64,000 nucleotides of DNA from Lepidodermella squamata (lineage: Eukaryota; Animalia; Gastrotricha): the NCBI GenBank assembly GCA_047495785.1, contig JBLDXI010000009.1:62001-126000 (forward strand), given 5' to 3'. Numbering within the stretch: position 1 is the stretch's first letter; every line of letters starts with the position of its first letter. Below are positions 47,081 to 59,914 of the stretch, piece by piece. The notes beneath the pieces were generated by a model. That model was not told the DNA's origin. It made no database searches and was given only the letters and a program-made list of their open reading frames with translations. Made by a program: the position numbers and the translations under genes.

Positions 47081-47705
47081 ATGCCTTTCAAGTCTGACGT
47101 CATTGAGTCTGATGGGTCCAGTGATGACGACGCGGGGCACGAGGATCAGGACGATGTGCCGGTTTTGGATGACGACGAAGAACCGTCGACATCGGCGCGT
47201 CGGGGCAGGGGACGGGATGACGACGAAGAAGACGACGAAGATGAAGGCGCCAGAGCAGCGGAAAGTGCCATTGATCGTTCCAACTTCATCCCGTCTTCGG
47301 TGGTGCCGGCTTCGCTCCGCGGACTGCGCGCCTGCCTGCTATGCGCCCTCGTCAAAACGGCTGATCAGTTCGAAAGCAGCGGGTTTGTGTAGCAGCAATA
47401 ATGTTCAAAGTAGAAAAAATTGAATGGTTTCTCATTTTGCTAGGTGCGACAATTGTGAGCGGTTCTTGCAGCTGCGTGGCAATCGAGCTGCCGTTCTCGA
47501 GTGCACGTCGTCGTCTTTCGACGGTCTTGTCATGCTGATGTCTCCCTCCGAGTCGTGGGTCGCTAAATGGCTGCGATGGGATCGTGGCTGCGTGCCCGGC
47601 GCTTACGCTGTTTCCGTCAGCGGTCAGCTGCCGCCGGAAATCATTAGCGAACTCGAAGAGCACGGCTATCGCTATGTCTCGCGAGACACCAGCCTCCGTG
47701 CTTGA
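47081..47705 (+). CDS. SUPT4H1: Transcription elongation factor Spt4 with an acidic N-terminal extension; exons 47081-47382, 47444-47705
   Basis: [55 protein letters not shown], YVSRD. Confidence 0.95.
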
Positions 47706-48162
47706 GTAACCTTTGTTCAACCTCTACACTTCGTTTCTTTCGAATGGCTGTTTTGTACTGCATTGAATCTGGAAAATGATGATGAATAAAACATTTTATC
47801 TTACAAGTGATCTTTTGTAATCCTCGATTGGCGACAGGCAATGTTGTCTGAATTCTGAAATTTTGAAATTGCCTGTCAAAACGCGTCCCTTCTCTTCCTG
47901 TTAAGGGCGTCCGATTTATACGAGAATTTTATTCTTTTCATAACTAAAAATATAGCAATTAACGATTCTTGTAGAATCATGCGTATCATTCTTCAATTCA
48001 GGTATTGTAGTTATATAAGAAAGCGTGATTCGACTCGCATTAAACGAGATCGTAGAGAGGTACGTCAAAAAACGGGCAAAGTTTTGGGTTAGCAAGCGGG
48101 ATAAAATGGAGTGAAACGCAGCACACAGAAAGTTAGTTCCAAGACGTTTTATTGACTTCATA

Positions 48163-49927
48163 TTACGAAGATATGCGTTCGACCAAATGATGGCGGGATC
48201 TGTTTCGAGAGCGGCGCACCATCATCGAATAGACAGCCACGCCGGCTACTACAACGGCGATGAAGGCCACTGCGCCGACAACTGCGAAGACGATGTCGAT
48301 GCATTCGATCCAGCCGCACGACGGCGCTGAAGCCGATGCCGCTAGCGCTCCGCGTCGCCTTCCACTCGACGCATCAAGATCGCCTGTCAACTCGTTGTCC
48401 TCGCTGCCGTCTTCATGCTGGCTTATTAACGAGTCCGACTCATCGCTGACTGACTGTCCCTTGGACGCTCCGGCGATGAACACCTGTTGCTGATCATCAA
48501 ATGAATCATCGTAAGAATGATGTTGAAACGCAGGTGAGCCAGTTGAACTAGCGACTCTCTGAGGCTGGCGCCGGTTGTCGCCTTGCCACGAGGGATGAGA
48601 ACTGGAAATTAAAGCAAGATATAATTAGGCATTAGGCTTCAGTAAAACGCAGAAAGCATTACCTGAGAAGGTCCTCTGGGAAAGGAGTGGATTGCGTCGT
48701 GCGCTGACGGAACGGGAAACGGTCGGTGCGAGACTGCGTCGCTAGGGCGCTGCCACTTACAGCTTGGTTGGCGCCACCGCTAAGCTGCATCATCTGTTTC
48801 TGTTGTTGCTGCTGAAGCAAAATTGATTGTGTTAGGGTATGCTCGGCAGCGAATAGTTCGTGGAATTTAGCCAAAAGTTCTTGGCATGTTTTGGGATCGC
48901 GAGGACCAAGTAAGCCCTCGCAGGTTTCGTACTTGTCCATCTCCTCGTAAGAGACATCGCTTATCGGTCGACCCTTCAGCGGCCGCGGCCCACCTTCGCA
49001 CGTCGGCGGAAAAGCACCGACAATTTTGTCCGGCAGTTGATCGAGAGTCAAACGCAGAAATAGACTAAGCCAGCGCCCAGGCTTCGCACAGCACCAAGTG
49101 TTGTTGTTCATCGACAGTCGACCGAGCTGGCAGAAGACTGGTATGAGATCTGACGACAGCGTGTGCAGCCGATTGTAGGAAATGTCAAGTGAAGTCAGCG
49201 AGGCCGCAATAGGCGCCAAGACGGCAGTAGGAAGTGCCGATAACGAGGTGTTGCGCAGAATCAACGATCGAACAGCTCTAGCGTCCTGAAACGTACCCGG
49301 CGATATCTTTTGGTGATAATACAGCCGATTGTTGGACAAGTCCAGCGTATCGAGGTCCAGATACGCGAATGCGCCGCTCTCGATGCGCTGAACTTTGGAG
49401 TTGACGATTTCGATATGCTTCAAGCGATTACGGCTAGGCAGGAATGCGCTGTAGTTGATTATGTTGATAGATGTCGAGTTGATGATTCGCAGCGCAGTGA
49501 GTTGGCGAAAGTCAGTGAAGTTGTTGGCGTCGAGGCGCACGGCCACACCCGCCCTGGACGCCTTGAACGTCACGTTGTAAAGGGTCAAATTTTCGATGCG
49601 ATTCGGACACGCGAACTCATCTTGCAGCGAGCCGAAATCTTCGAGATGTGCGCACGTGACAATTTCAAGTCGATCACCTTGGCAACGACATCGACGGGCG
49701 CATACATCGGACATGTCTTTGCTGCCAGGACCAGTGTTAGGCCGGCGCGACACGCCTGCTACGGCTGCATCATCGTTTAGATTCGAGAAGTCTTCTTGCC
49801 AAGATGGTCGAAACGGGTCGCCCTGCTGGCCGCCGGCACGTAGGAAGACCTCACTCGTTCGAGCAAGCTGGGGCAGTGAGCAGCACACCAAGGCTGTTAT
49901 GACGGCCGTTGTGACTCTGATCGGCAT
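48163..49927 (-). CDS. Single-pass leucine-rich-repeat cell-surface protein; exons 49927-48663, 48601-48163
   Basis: Signal peptide, LRRNT (CARRCRC), LRRs (LDTLDLSNNRL, LTSLDISYNRL), LRRCT (NNTWCC...C..P..LKG), TM helix followed by RRSR. Confidence 0.88.
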
Positions 49928-50357
49928 TATGACGTAAACACTTGTAGATAGTGCTGACCTCCTATATCACCATTTATTTTTCAGAGCTAATACTGAAAAA
50001 ATGTGATGTCTCGAGGTCGCTAATTTTGATTTGCGGCACCTAATGCGCTCATCGGCTACGCAGCGATCGGCAACGCGCCTGTTTCCACGGGCGCGAGCAA
50101 TCGAGCGCGCGATTCAGCTAATAGCAAGTAGGCGTATCGCGACGCTTTTAATGAAGCGGATTGTTGTTGTTATTATTTACAAGAAATAATCAAGACGCAT
50201 GCTGTTTATGTGCTGCTTTAAACATCATTTCACCCGTTACCGCGGTCGGAAAAGCGGTCTCAGTTACATGGCAAATAGGCGAAAGAATATTCTTTATGCT
50301 TGGCACGAGAAATGCTTCCAACAAACAACATTTATTTACAAATTTCATCAAGCCTCG

Positions 50358-51421
50358 TCAAAATCGACCATAGCTATTTCGATTATTTTGCGTTTGATTA
50401 TCGGCGACTCTGCGTTCGTGGGCTGCATAGATCGATTTGTCGATGATTGCGGCCTCGGTCAGAGCAATGTCCACCGTGACACCGCTAGCCTGCTGCATTG
50501 CAGCGTTATTCGAGGCCTGCAGTAGATTCGCCTGCGACGAGGCGTGGGCTGAGTGCGGCTGTGTGACTGTAGCACTGTGAGAGCCATGTCCGCCGTGCCC
50601 ACCTTGCAACGGTGCGTACCGGTCGGCAACATACTGTTGTAAAGATGTTTTAGTTGTCATAATCTCAAAGTTCAGAGTCTTTCCCTACTTGAAGCAAGTG
50701 TTTCAGTCGACCCGCTTCTCCTGTGGTGCGGACAATTGAGCCAACGTTATGTATATCCACCAATTGCCGAGGCACTGTGATGAGCTATACAAAATCAATG
50801 CGATAAAAAGTTAAAAATTCCAAGGGTTTTGATGCTAACATAGGTGAACTCGTTTGTGGTCGGGTCAAAAGCGACGCCCGTAGGTGGCAAATTAGCTTTA
50901 GCCGAGCTGGGCGGAGGAAGGGTCTGCTCTCCTGCAGAAAATTAGTAGTGAAAGTATGTTTGCAAAAGTGATATTCGGCTACAAAACATACCTGGTTTTT
51001 GCTTCAAATTAGCAGTTGCTTTCCCGCTGGAAGCTGAAGAGGTTTTCGACGAGCTTGACGCGTCGTCGATGATACTAGTTTTCTGTTTTGTCAAAGTAAC
51101 TTCAACCACGTCTTCAACAACAGCAGCAGCGGCTGCTCCTCGCGCTACTGCCGGCGCTGGCTGTTCAAAGGCTACAAGTACTCGCGCTTCCTGCGTCTCG
51201 ACAACTTCGGTTGTGCCGGTATGCTTCATGTCACTGCTGGTTGTCGTTATTATTTCTGTCGAAGTCAGCTCGCTTTCGAACCGCTCAACCTTGTTAGTAT
51301 TCGGGTTTTCGGCTGCTACAATCAGCTTGTTGGTTACTGTGGTGACAACACGCGGGCTCATGCTGGTCTTGCTGTTCGGTCGCACTCCAAATTCAGACGC
51401 CGAGGATTGCGATCTTATCAT
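50358..51421 (-). CDS. Orphan Ser/Thr/Ala-rich protein, at least 4 exons; a further 5' exon from ~51546 is possible
   Basis: ORF pieces join by three short frame-preserving GT-AG introns (KPG|EQTLPP...EFTY|LITVPRQLVDIHNVG...HLLQ|YVADRY...YGRF*). No recognisable domain. Confidence 0.65.
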
Positions 51422-52437
51422 TGCTGTGCTAGCTAGGATTCATAAAAGTTTAATGAGCGATAAAGCGGCGTCGTGTCACAGAGATAGGTATCCTACGGTA
51501 ATCTTCAGCTGAGAGAACGTTGGATTTTCGCACGCTGCCTGACATGGGGCAAATGAAGGTAACCCTGTTGTTGCATAGACTGTGCTATTTCCACGATCGG
51601 CTGCTACCCAATTATTAATACACGGTGGTAGCGCAAGCTCGAGCCCTCACCATCGCAACTGGCCGGCAGCACACGAGACGCAGGAAATCGACGCACGTAC
51701 GAGAGGTCGATAGGAAATGAGTCGATACACGCAGCGCGCGATAACACCCGATTTTGTTGAAAGGTTATGCAAAAGGCAGACGGCTCAAAAAGTTCGCTTT
51801 TATTATCGTTAATTTTTGTACATAAAACAAAGCAGGCGTTCATGCTCCCAGTGCGGAACATCGATATAAATAATTATATTATATCATCAACGCCGAGATG
51901 GCCGACGTGGTTAACAACGGAGACAGTCGCGCAAATATAAAATACAAGGTACAGGCAGAACCAGACACAACACAACGCTGGAGAGGATGATGGTGTGCAT
52001 TTTCCAACCAAGCAGGTTTCAACGAACAGACGATACGCTCTTATCAAACACAGCATACACAGAAGCTTCCAGTTTCACCAAGATAGATAGAGCCTCGCCG
52101 GCATAGTAATCACCTCAAGCACCGATGCTTTGAATGTTTAACGCGGGTATTGATGCCGCGATGACGACGCAATACAAAAAATCAACCCTAGTCGCAGTTG
52201 TCTTCAGCTTCAAGCTCGATGTCTAACGTCATGGAAAGGAAGCAGAGTCGTTCTTAATACATACTTAGAGCCTTGCATGTTGTGCGAATATTGCAATTTT
52301 CATGTATAAAAAAATTATGTCATCCTGATGTGACTTGCGCAAATTACAGACTGACTCACAAAACGACGATGAGCTCTCGGGTAAAAAAACACAGGCGTGG
52401 TTCGAGTGAATGCGTTGTAATGTGGCACAGGTAACGA

Positions 52438-55400
52438 TTAGCGTGGAGTGCTGCCGCCGCTAGAGCCGAACGCCGAGCTGGTCATGCGCGCTTGAGGCAC
52501 GCCGATCGAAGACATGCGTTGCTGACCCCCATCGCGACCGCCCGCCATCGAACCGGAAGTGGCCGAGGCAGATATCGACGAGGCGATCGATGGAACGGAC
52601 GCCAGGCTGAGAGTGCTGGCGCTCACTGCTAGCAACTGCAGTTCAGCGTCATCGGTCGGCTGTTGAGAAGCTGCGGCTACAGCGCCGCAATCCAGACCCA
52701 GCGACGTCGTCTGCGAGTCAAACATGTCGAGATCTCGCCGATGGCGGTCGCGCAACGCAGCGAGGCGTTCTTTGCGGTCGGCGGCTAACCGGTCCGATTC
52801 ATTGTCCATTCGCTGTTCAAGAATGCCGAGCCGCAGTGAAACCTTGTGCTCGAGCCCGTCGCGCTCGCGCCGTTGCTGGGCAATCAGCGCCAGGCGAGCG
52901 CCTTCCTGCCATTGCACGAGCAGGGCCATTTCGTGGTCAAGCTCGGCGTCAAGTTGCGCCAGTTCTGCCCGCTGTGCGTCGGTCAGCTCAAGCGTCGCCG
53001 ATTCGCGTTCCGACAGAATGCGCTGTTCGTACTCGGCTGAGATGCGCCAGATGCGCTCGCGGCCTTCGTTCGTCTGCTGCATTTCTGGCGGGATACTTTC
53101 GATCGCTGCGCGAAGTTCACGCTTCAACTGTTTTTCGCGCCGCTGGAGATCACGAGGCAGCTGCTTCGTCTCGGCGGCCTGCTTCTTCTTCAGATCCGAT
53201 CTTCGCCGATCGGTATACTGGCACTGATTGGTGACTTCGAGCTGATGCTGTTCGGTCAATTGCTTTGACCTAAGCGCGTGCAGAGCATTCATATGCCGCA
53301 TTTCTATGTCCCGCTGGAGAACGAAAATATCGCAATTATAAAATTGCCCACCTTAATAAAATTCAGAAACTCACAAGAGTATCATGTTGTCGCATGAGTG
53401 TGTTATGCAATCTTTCCAGTTGCTCTTGCCTACTGTCCATATGTCTACAGACTAGATCCAACTCGACGCGCTGGTAACGGAGAAGCAAGCTCCTCGCCAG
53501 ACGCCGCTTCTCGAACGCCGCGACGGCCATTTGCCGCTCGGCTAATCTCGCCATTTCATTGATGCCATTATTTTTCCACTCGGTTTTCAACGACTTGACC
53601 CGCTTTTCGCGCTCCCCGCGTGCCAAGTCATTCAACTGCTTCTTCAGCTCGGCAACACGTTGTTTCCGCTCCTTTTTCTCCGTTGCCTCAAACCGCTTCC
53701 GTTCGTTCTCCTGTTCCAGAGAAATGCGACGGCTGACTTTCTTCTCGGCAGCAGCTGCCAGGCGCTGCTCGTTTTCCAGCTTGCGGCGGTCGGAAGTTAT
53801 CGCCTCGGCGAGTTCGCGCTCAACAACTTGCCGCAACTGCTCGTACTCGCGGTCGGCACGCGCTTTCTCGGCGTCGAGTTCGGTTTTACACCGCTGCTCC
53901 AACTGCGTCAGTTCACGCGCGTGTATCTGGCGTTGGCGCTTGTAGTTGTGCATATCCTCGTGCCAGTTACTATTGCCCAACTGCGCGTCTTGAATCTGCC
54001 GCCGCTGGGTGCGGATAGTCGCAACGCGGTCGCTGCCGAAATTACCACCATTAGCGAGAACCGACGCTCCAGCCAAGCCCGCCATCTGATTCGAAGCCTG
54101 TTGCTGCGCGTGATGCTGCTGCATCGCCTGATGGTAGGCGGCGATTTGCTGAGATGTCGGTTGTTGAAGTTGAGAATGGTGACTTTGCTGATGCTGTTGC
54201 TGTTGTTGCTGCTGCTGATAATGGTGACCGTGCTGGCCGTGATGGCCTCCCGGGGTCGGGGTACCAGGCACTTTCGGCGTTTCACTGCCACTCGACGCAG
54301 AACTTCGAGGCAAGTTGGCGCCCAATAACGCCGCTTGCTGGTGACCTGCCTTGTTGTGCTGCATAGCAGGCGAAGGTGGGACGCTGCTAGACAACGCGCT
54401 GCTTGCTTGCGGCTGCTGAGGCGGGTACTGCGAAAGGCGCCGACCCGCCACTGCACTACTGCCGCCATTCGCTGCTCCGGATGACTTCTGCTGGACCTGC
54501 GCAGACATCGGCCGCACCTGAGGCACCGTCTGTGGCTGTTGAACCTGTTGTTGCTGTTGATGGCTGCTCGCCGAACTAATATTACTATTACTAGCAATAC
54601 TGGAGCCATTGCTTAGAAGACTAGATGAGAGACCAGTTTGCGACGGCGTCCGAGTGCCTGATTCCGTGTCACCATCACGCTCTTCGCCGTGCTTCTCGTC
54701 ATTGCTGATGAACTTTCGCATGCGTCGCAATTCCAGATTGTTGAGTTGTCGAACTTGATTTTTCGTTCGCTCGAGCAAGTCTCGCAAATCACTCGACGCC
54801 GTCGAAATGTGGGAGGCGATGAAAGGCAGAGAAGTCAAGGCAGACGCCGACGGTCGGGAAGCCGGGTTCTTTTCGAGACAAAGCGCGATAAAATTTCGTA
54901 TTTCGTCGCTCCAAAACGGAGCAGTGTCACTGGAAGATTTATTCGACCCATCATTCTCGTTATTGGCCGGCGGTCGGTTTGATAGACGGGGCGGGTCGTT
55001 CTGCGGAATGTGGTACAAAGCCGCCATGGCATTCATGTGGAAGAGAGGGGGCTTCCGTTCCGCAAGTTCGATACACGTGATGCCCAAACTCCAAATGTCG
55101 ACTTTATGGTCATATTCGCCTGTATCCATCGCGACGATCATTTCTGGAGCCATCCAATACGGCTGAATAAGGTTACGATTTATCAGAGAAATGTGTTGAT
55201 TTATCACTTACAGTTCCAACGAAGCTGTTGGCGGGTGAGTGGAGCGATGCCGAACCGAAATCGCCTAGTTTCACGACCGCGTCGCTGGTCAACAAAATAT
55301 TGCCAGCTTTGACATCACGATGGATGATATCGTGGCTGTGAAGGAAAGCCAGAGCCAGAGCGACGGACATGGCTAGCCCAGCAATTTCACTCTCTCGCAG

Positions 55401-55826
55401 CGAATCTTTGGTGACTTCCAAGATGTCGGCGGCACTGCCGAGGCAATATTCCATGACCACCCAACAAGTATTCTGGCGCATGTAGGCTCCCCGAAGCTCG
55501 ACACAGTGCCGATGATGGATTCGCGACAATATTTCCACTTCTCGCCGAATGTCCGACCACTTTTCAGCCGACTTTTTACCTGAGAACTGCATCTTCTTAA
55601 TGGCAACGATTTCATGCGTCTGGCTATGCTCAGCCTAAAGTGTAACAAATTGTAAAAATCCAAGTGAAAATCAATGACGGAAGAATCAAACCGCATAGAC
55701 AGCTCCAAAGTTGCCATGGCCAATCTCTGAGAAATTCACGAACAAGCGTTCAGGATCATCCGTTGAAAACAAGGCCAAAGTCGGATCGGCATTCTTTGAT
55801 GATGACTGAAACAAGTTTTTAGCCAT
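52438..55826 (-). CDS. TAOK: TAO (STE20 family) Ser/Thr kinase, 4 exons
   Basis: [59 protein letters not shown]|[29 protein letters not shown], long coiled-coil tail. Confidence 0.96.
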
Positions 55827-56516
55827 ACGCAACTTCCAGTTGCGCTATGGCTACAGAGCCAACTTATTTAATAACAACTAAAGTGAGAAAAAGAGGATCA
55901 TTGATGACACTTTATCGCATTATTTTTTGATGAAATTATTATGCACTTGAAATAAGTAACGATATTGTTAATAAGAATGTTTCGAGATAGTAGAATTCGA
56001 GCGTGGTAACCAAAAATTATTACCGACACGTTCGATATGTGCACCCATAACCATGCAAACTAGATTTGACGAGCGCGGAAAATCAGACCATCGAAAGCCA
56101 TGCAGGAGAAAAAACCGATCTGGGATCACATAAGACGACAGTTATAATTAAATAAAGCTTTTCGTCAATTAACAAAATAAATTCAACTTCATAATATCCA
56201 CCACCATAGAACCGGAACGATAATTCCAATATACAAACATCTTGCGAGAAACTAAGGCAGGATCACAACATTATTGCGAAGCACAGCGATTTTGACCGAA
56301 AAAGACCGAGGTACACGATTAACAAAAGCGACGCCAAAAATAGCTGTGCAAAGTCAACTAGATGCCAAGATAACACGATGCGCATGGCTTCGTGGAAGAC
56401 CAACCGGAAGTAGAACAAAATTTTCTTGACAAATTTAGATAAGAAATGTTGGTCGAAAGATGAGTTGAAGCCGTCGAAAAAATATCCAAAATACGCCGAA
56501 TAGAATAGAGAATAAA

Positions 56517-58281
56517 CTATACGCTAGGAATGACTATATCCTCGTTCCCCCAATGAGATCTGACGTTGATCAAGTTGCTGTTTTGTGATGATAGCTTGCG
56601 CCGGCCTTTTGCAGCTGCGTCGCTTCTACGCCTTCCGAAAGTCGGCGAATAGCGCTGTTGTTGTTGCTGTTGCTGCAGCAGTTCGTCGAGAAGCCCTACG
56701 GCTTGCACAACACGCTCGGGCGATGCGCGAATCGGAGCCCAAGAAGAATGGGTCGCGCGTAATAGTCTGCGGCATGATGCTATAGCCCTCAACCAAACCA
56801 CTAAGGGGAAGCCACAATTGCCACCAGCGCCGGCTTCTGATGGAGACGGTTTCATCAACCCGAGACGGACGAATCTCGCCCAAGAATGTATGCCGATGGT
56901 AATATTGCTATCTGAACTTATCAATTGAGTAGATTTACTCCTCGGACTAGTAGCATCGCCTTCTTCTTCAACAGTAACCCTATTTATGGCCCCTAACAGA
57001 AGAGTGATGACATCGGACGTCGATTTCTGCCTCAAGCGTCCGTTTTCGACTACAGGTTCTGGCACTCCGAATGATGCACGTAACCTTGCAGCGCTGGCTT
57101 CAGTTGAAGGCGGACCACCCTGTAAAACGAAAAGATTAAATGTTAAGAACTAAAATATCTTCGTTAGTAGGTATACAAACCTGAGAGTCATATATGAATT
57201 TTAATAAGTTCCAACAGCAAGCCGCAACGGGAATTGCTGTCGGTCGAGAATTCTTCTGCGAAGATTTCGAATTATTGTAGCTAAAAATGCGATCTTTTCT
57301 CATTCCATGGGTCAGAGAAACAGCTAAGGAATACGCCAATGCTTCAATCCGCGACTCAATCTCAGGTTCCGGAGCACCGACAAAAGCTCGAACAGTGGTT
57401 TCGAGCAATATAATCACACTATCGGTATCCTCGTCACAGCCATCTGCAATGGCGTGTTTGCTTGAAGAGGGTTGCCGCTGAACGATTCTTGAATTCGATT
57501 CGTTATCAGAAAAATCTGATGCATCGCTGTCATTGGTTGCCACGCGCTGGCGTGATCGTCCACAAGCAAGAGATTGCCACAAGCGGCGATGAAGAGGTAC
57601 TGCAGAAGAATCATCATCGGACTCATTGGAATAACCCCTGGGGTTCAGATCCAAAGGTTTCATATTATCGGATTCTCTCCGCGAAGCATCTCCCTTGCCA
57701 ACGGAACTTTTGCTGTGGTTAAGAAGGCTAGTACCCTCGCTAACACTGCCAGTGGGGCTTTTGCTTTCGTTTTGCTGTAAATAAACAACGAATCTTTCCA
57801 AATCAGTCACTTGTGTTTTCAAATGCTCCAGCATCCTGGTTGGTACAACAGAATTTGCCGATGAAACAGAACCTCCTGGTCCGTCTAATCCTTCAATCAG
57901 AGGAGGTTCGATACCCGCCCCAACAAAATCGATAGGTTTGCTCGCATATTCAGCTAATTCGGTCAGCAACTTGTCACGATGCGCAGATGGAGCGGCAAGA
58001 ACTTGGTGAAGCCTAAACTGCAAATGAGCGCAATGGGTTGCCAAGGCTTGAAGCGATGCAGCCAGTATTGCAGATGTACCATCAGATGCCGTAGCTAATC
58101 CATTCGAATCATCAAAAAATGTATTGTTGCCACCGCTACTAGAAAATCCATTGGATGAAATGTCGCTAATTTTGCCAATGCTTTTCTTCGAATCCTGTGA
58201 ATTTCCCACAAAACGGCCTCCAGATGACTCGAAATCTACCAGATCTGGAGGGAGTTGATCAGGAGTGGACATAAAACTCAT
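56517..58281 (-). CDS. RUNDC1: Divergent RUN domain-containing protein 1; exons 58281-57181, 57119-56517
   Basis: SLQALATHCAHLQFRLHQV and EHLKTQVTDLERFVVYLQ match RUNDC1 N-terminal blocks; RUN-like core (LTHGM...CWNL...FVRLGL). Confidence 0.75.
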
Positions 58282-59914
58282 TCTAAAACCGAAGGTAACA
58301 TGTTAATGATAAGTAAAATAACGGAATTTCGTCAAAAGCAAGAATGAATGAATCTAAAAAACAAATTGCTATATTCATTGATCTACAAGTTATGCAGTTA
58401 ACGATGTAAGGATGATGGATAAATATGTAATGAATGAGCCCACAGGCAAATTTCTCTACGATATTCGGCCTCTGCTTTGAAGATTTCAAGCCACAGTCGC
58501 AGCAATTTTATGATGAGAAAACCAAGTTTGCGAGACGTGGCATCTGATTCCCTTCCTCTCAAAAAAATGGGTGTTTACGCAGCAATGAGCGTGTCTCAGC
58601 TCGCGAAGCACTCGTTTGATGCTAAAAAAAGATAGGACCGAATCACTTGCCACGTATCACATGGTCAGTTAGCAATTGGTCAAGGTTTCTTCCATCTTCC
58701 GCGTAGATGGACCAATAACCAAGAACCCTCGAGTTAACTAAAATACAACTCGAAATAAAGTGATCTACATATATACTGCGAAATTGATGACAGGGATAGA
58801 TTATATCCCACCTCCACTTCTGGCGAACAGGGCGTGAGGTAGATCTCAGGAACCTGCCACCGATAAGCTCAAACGATTTAAAAGGATGTTTTCGTTGTGC
58901 GTGAGCGTTGCCCACCCCGCCGACCGCCGAGTTCAGACGATAGAAAATAGTAATTGCGTCACGTCAGACAAACATCTTAAGCTAGAAAACGCCGGAATCG
59001 AGCCCCGTCAATGCACTTTCAACCTCAACTGCGGCTGATCTGAAGCACCAAGTGAGCGCAGCCAAATGCGTCAACTTTCAAAAACGTTTTTTTTGCCTTA
59101 GGGGATTTTAAAAAAATTTTTAGTTGGAGGCATTTCGGAAAAAGAGATGAGCAATTGCGATGATATATAATAGAGAATTTAATAAAAATAAAATAATTTT
59201 GGCGACCTTGAGTTGCGGCGGGAATACCAACGTTTTTGTCTTCGGCGTTCGGCGCCGCCGCGGCCCAAACCCGCGCGCCCTTGGCACTTTTTGGCATTCG
59301 CTGGATAAGACGTAACTGAACTCTGAACTGCTGTTCGATATCTCCGGAGATGTGTGCTTGGAATGCAGAGTGCACGACAAGCAGCTGCTTTCCTCGCCGT
59401 AGAAATGTCATTGTTGGCTGCGATCGAAAGATGACTGGTGGAAAGAAAATCGTTTACTTGGATTTCATTAAGTAAACGCATTAAACCTTTTGATTCACCA
59501 CTTGCAACATCCCGTATGTCATGTGGCCACTCGCCAAGCCACCTTGCCGAGTTTACCAAATAGCAACTGGATCAATGGATCGAATTAGAGCCCCAGATTT
59601 TTTACTCGCTGTTCTTTACCGAAAGCTCCCATGAAAACCATGACTTGTGATAAACGGGATGCTCTTACACCTTCATCTTCTGCATTTGGTCCAATAGTGC
59701 TACCAGAAATGAGGACTGGCTCTGACTCCATTCGTCAAGCCATAGCAATAAGGTTGTCATGGGACCAAAACTCAGGAGATTCCTACAAAAAGGCAGCTCT
59801 TCCCATCTATACAGCCATCTTGTATAATCGCCTATTATGTGCATCTTTAATCGAATCCATTTCTTTTAGTTCGAAGTGTTCAACTAGTAATGTTTCTAAT
59901 TGTTTAGGTTTAAT

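Noticed and set aside
58981-59064. tRNA- or SINE-like segment on the minus strand (GGCTCGATTCC B-box-like)
   Set aside because: No cloverleaf can be built and there is no second copy in the window.
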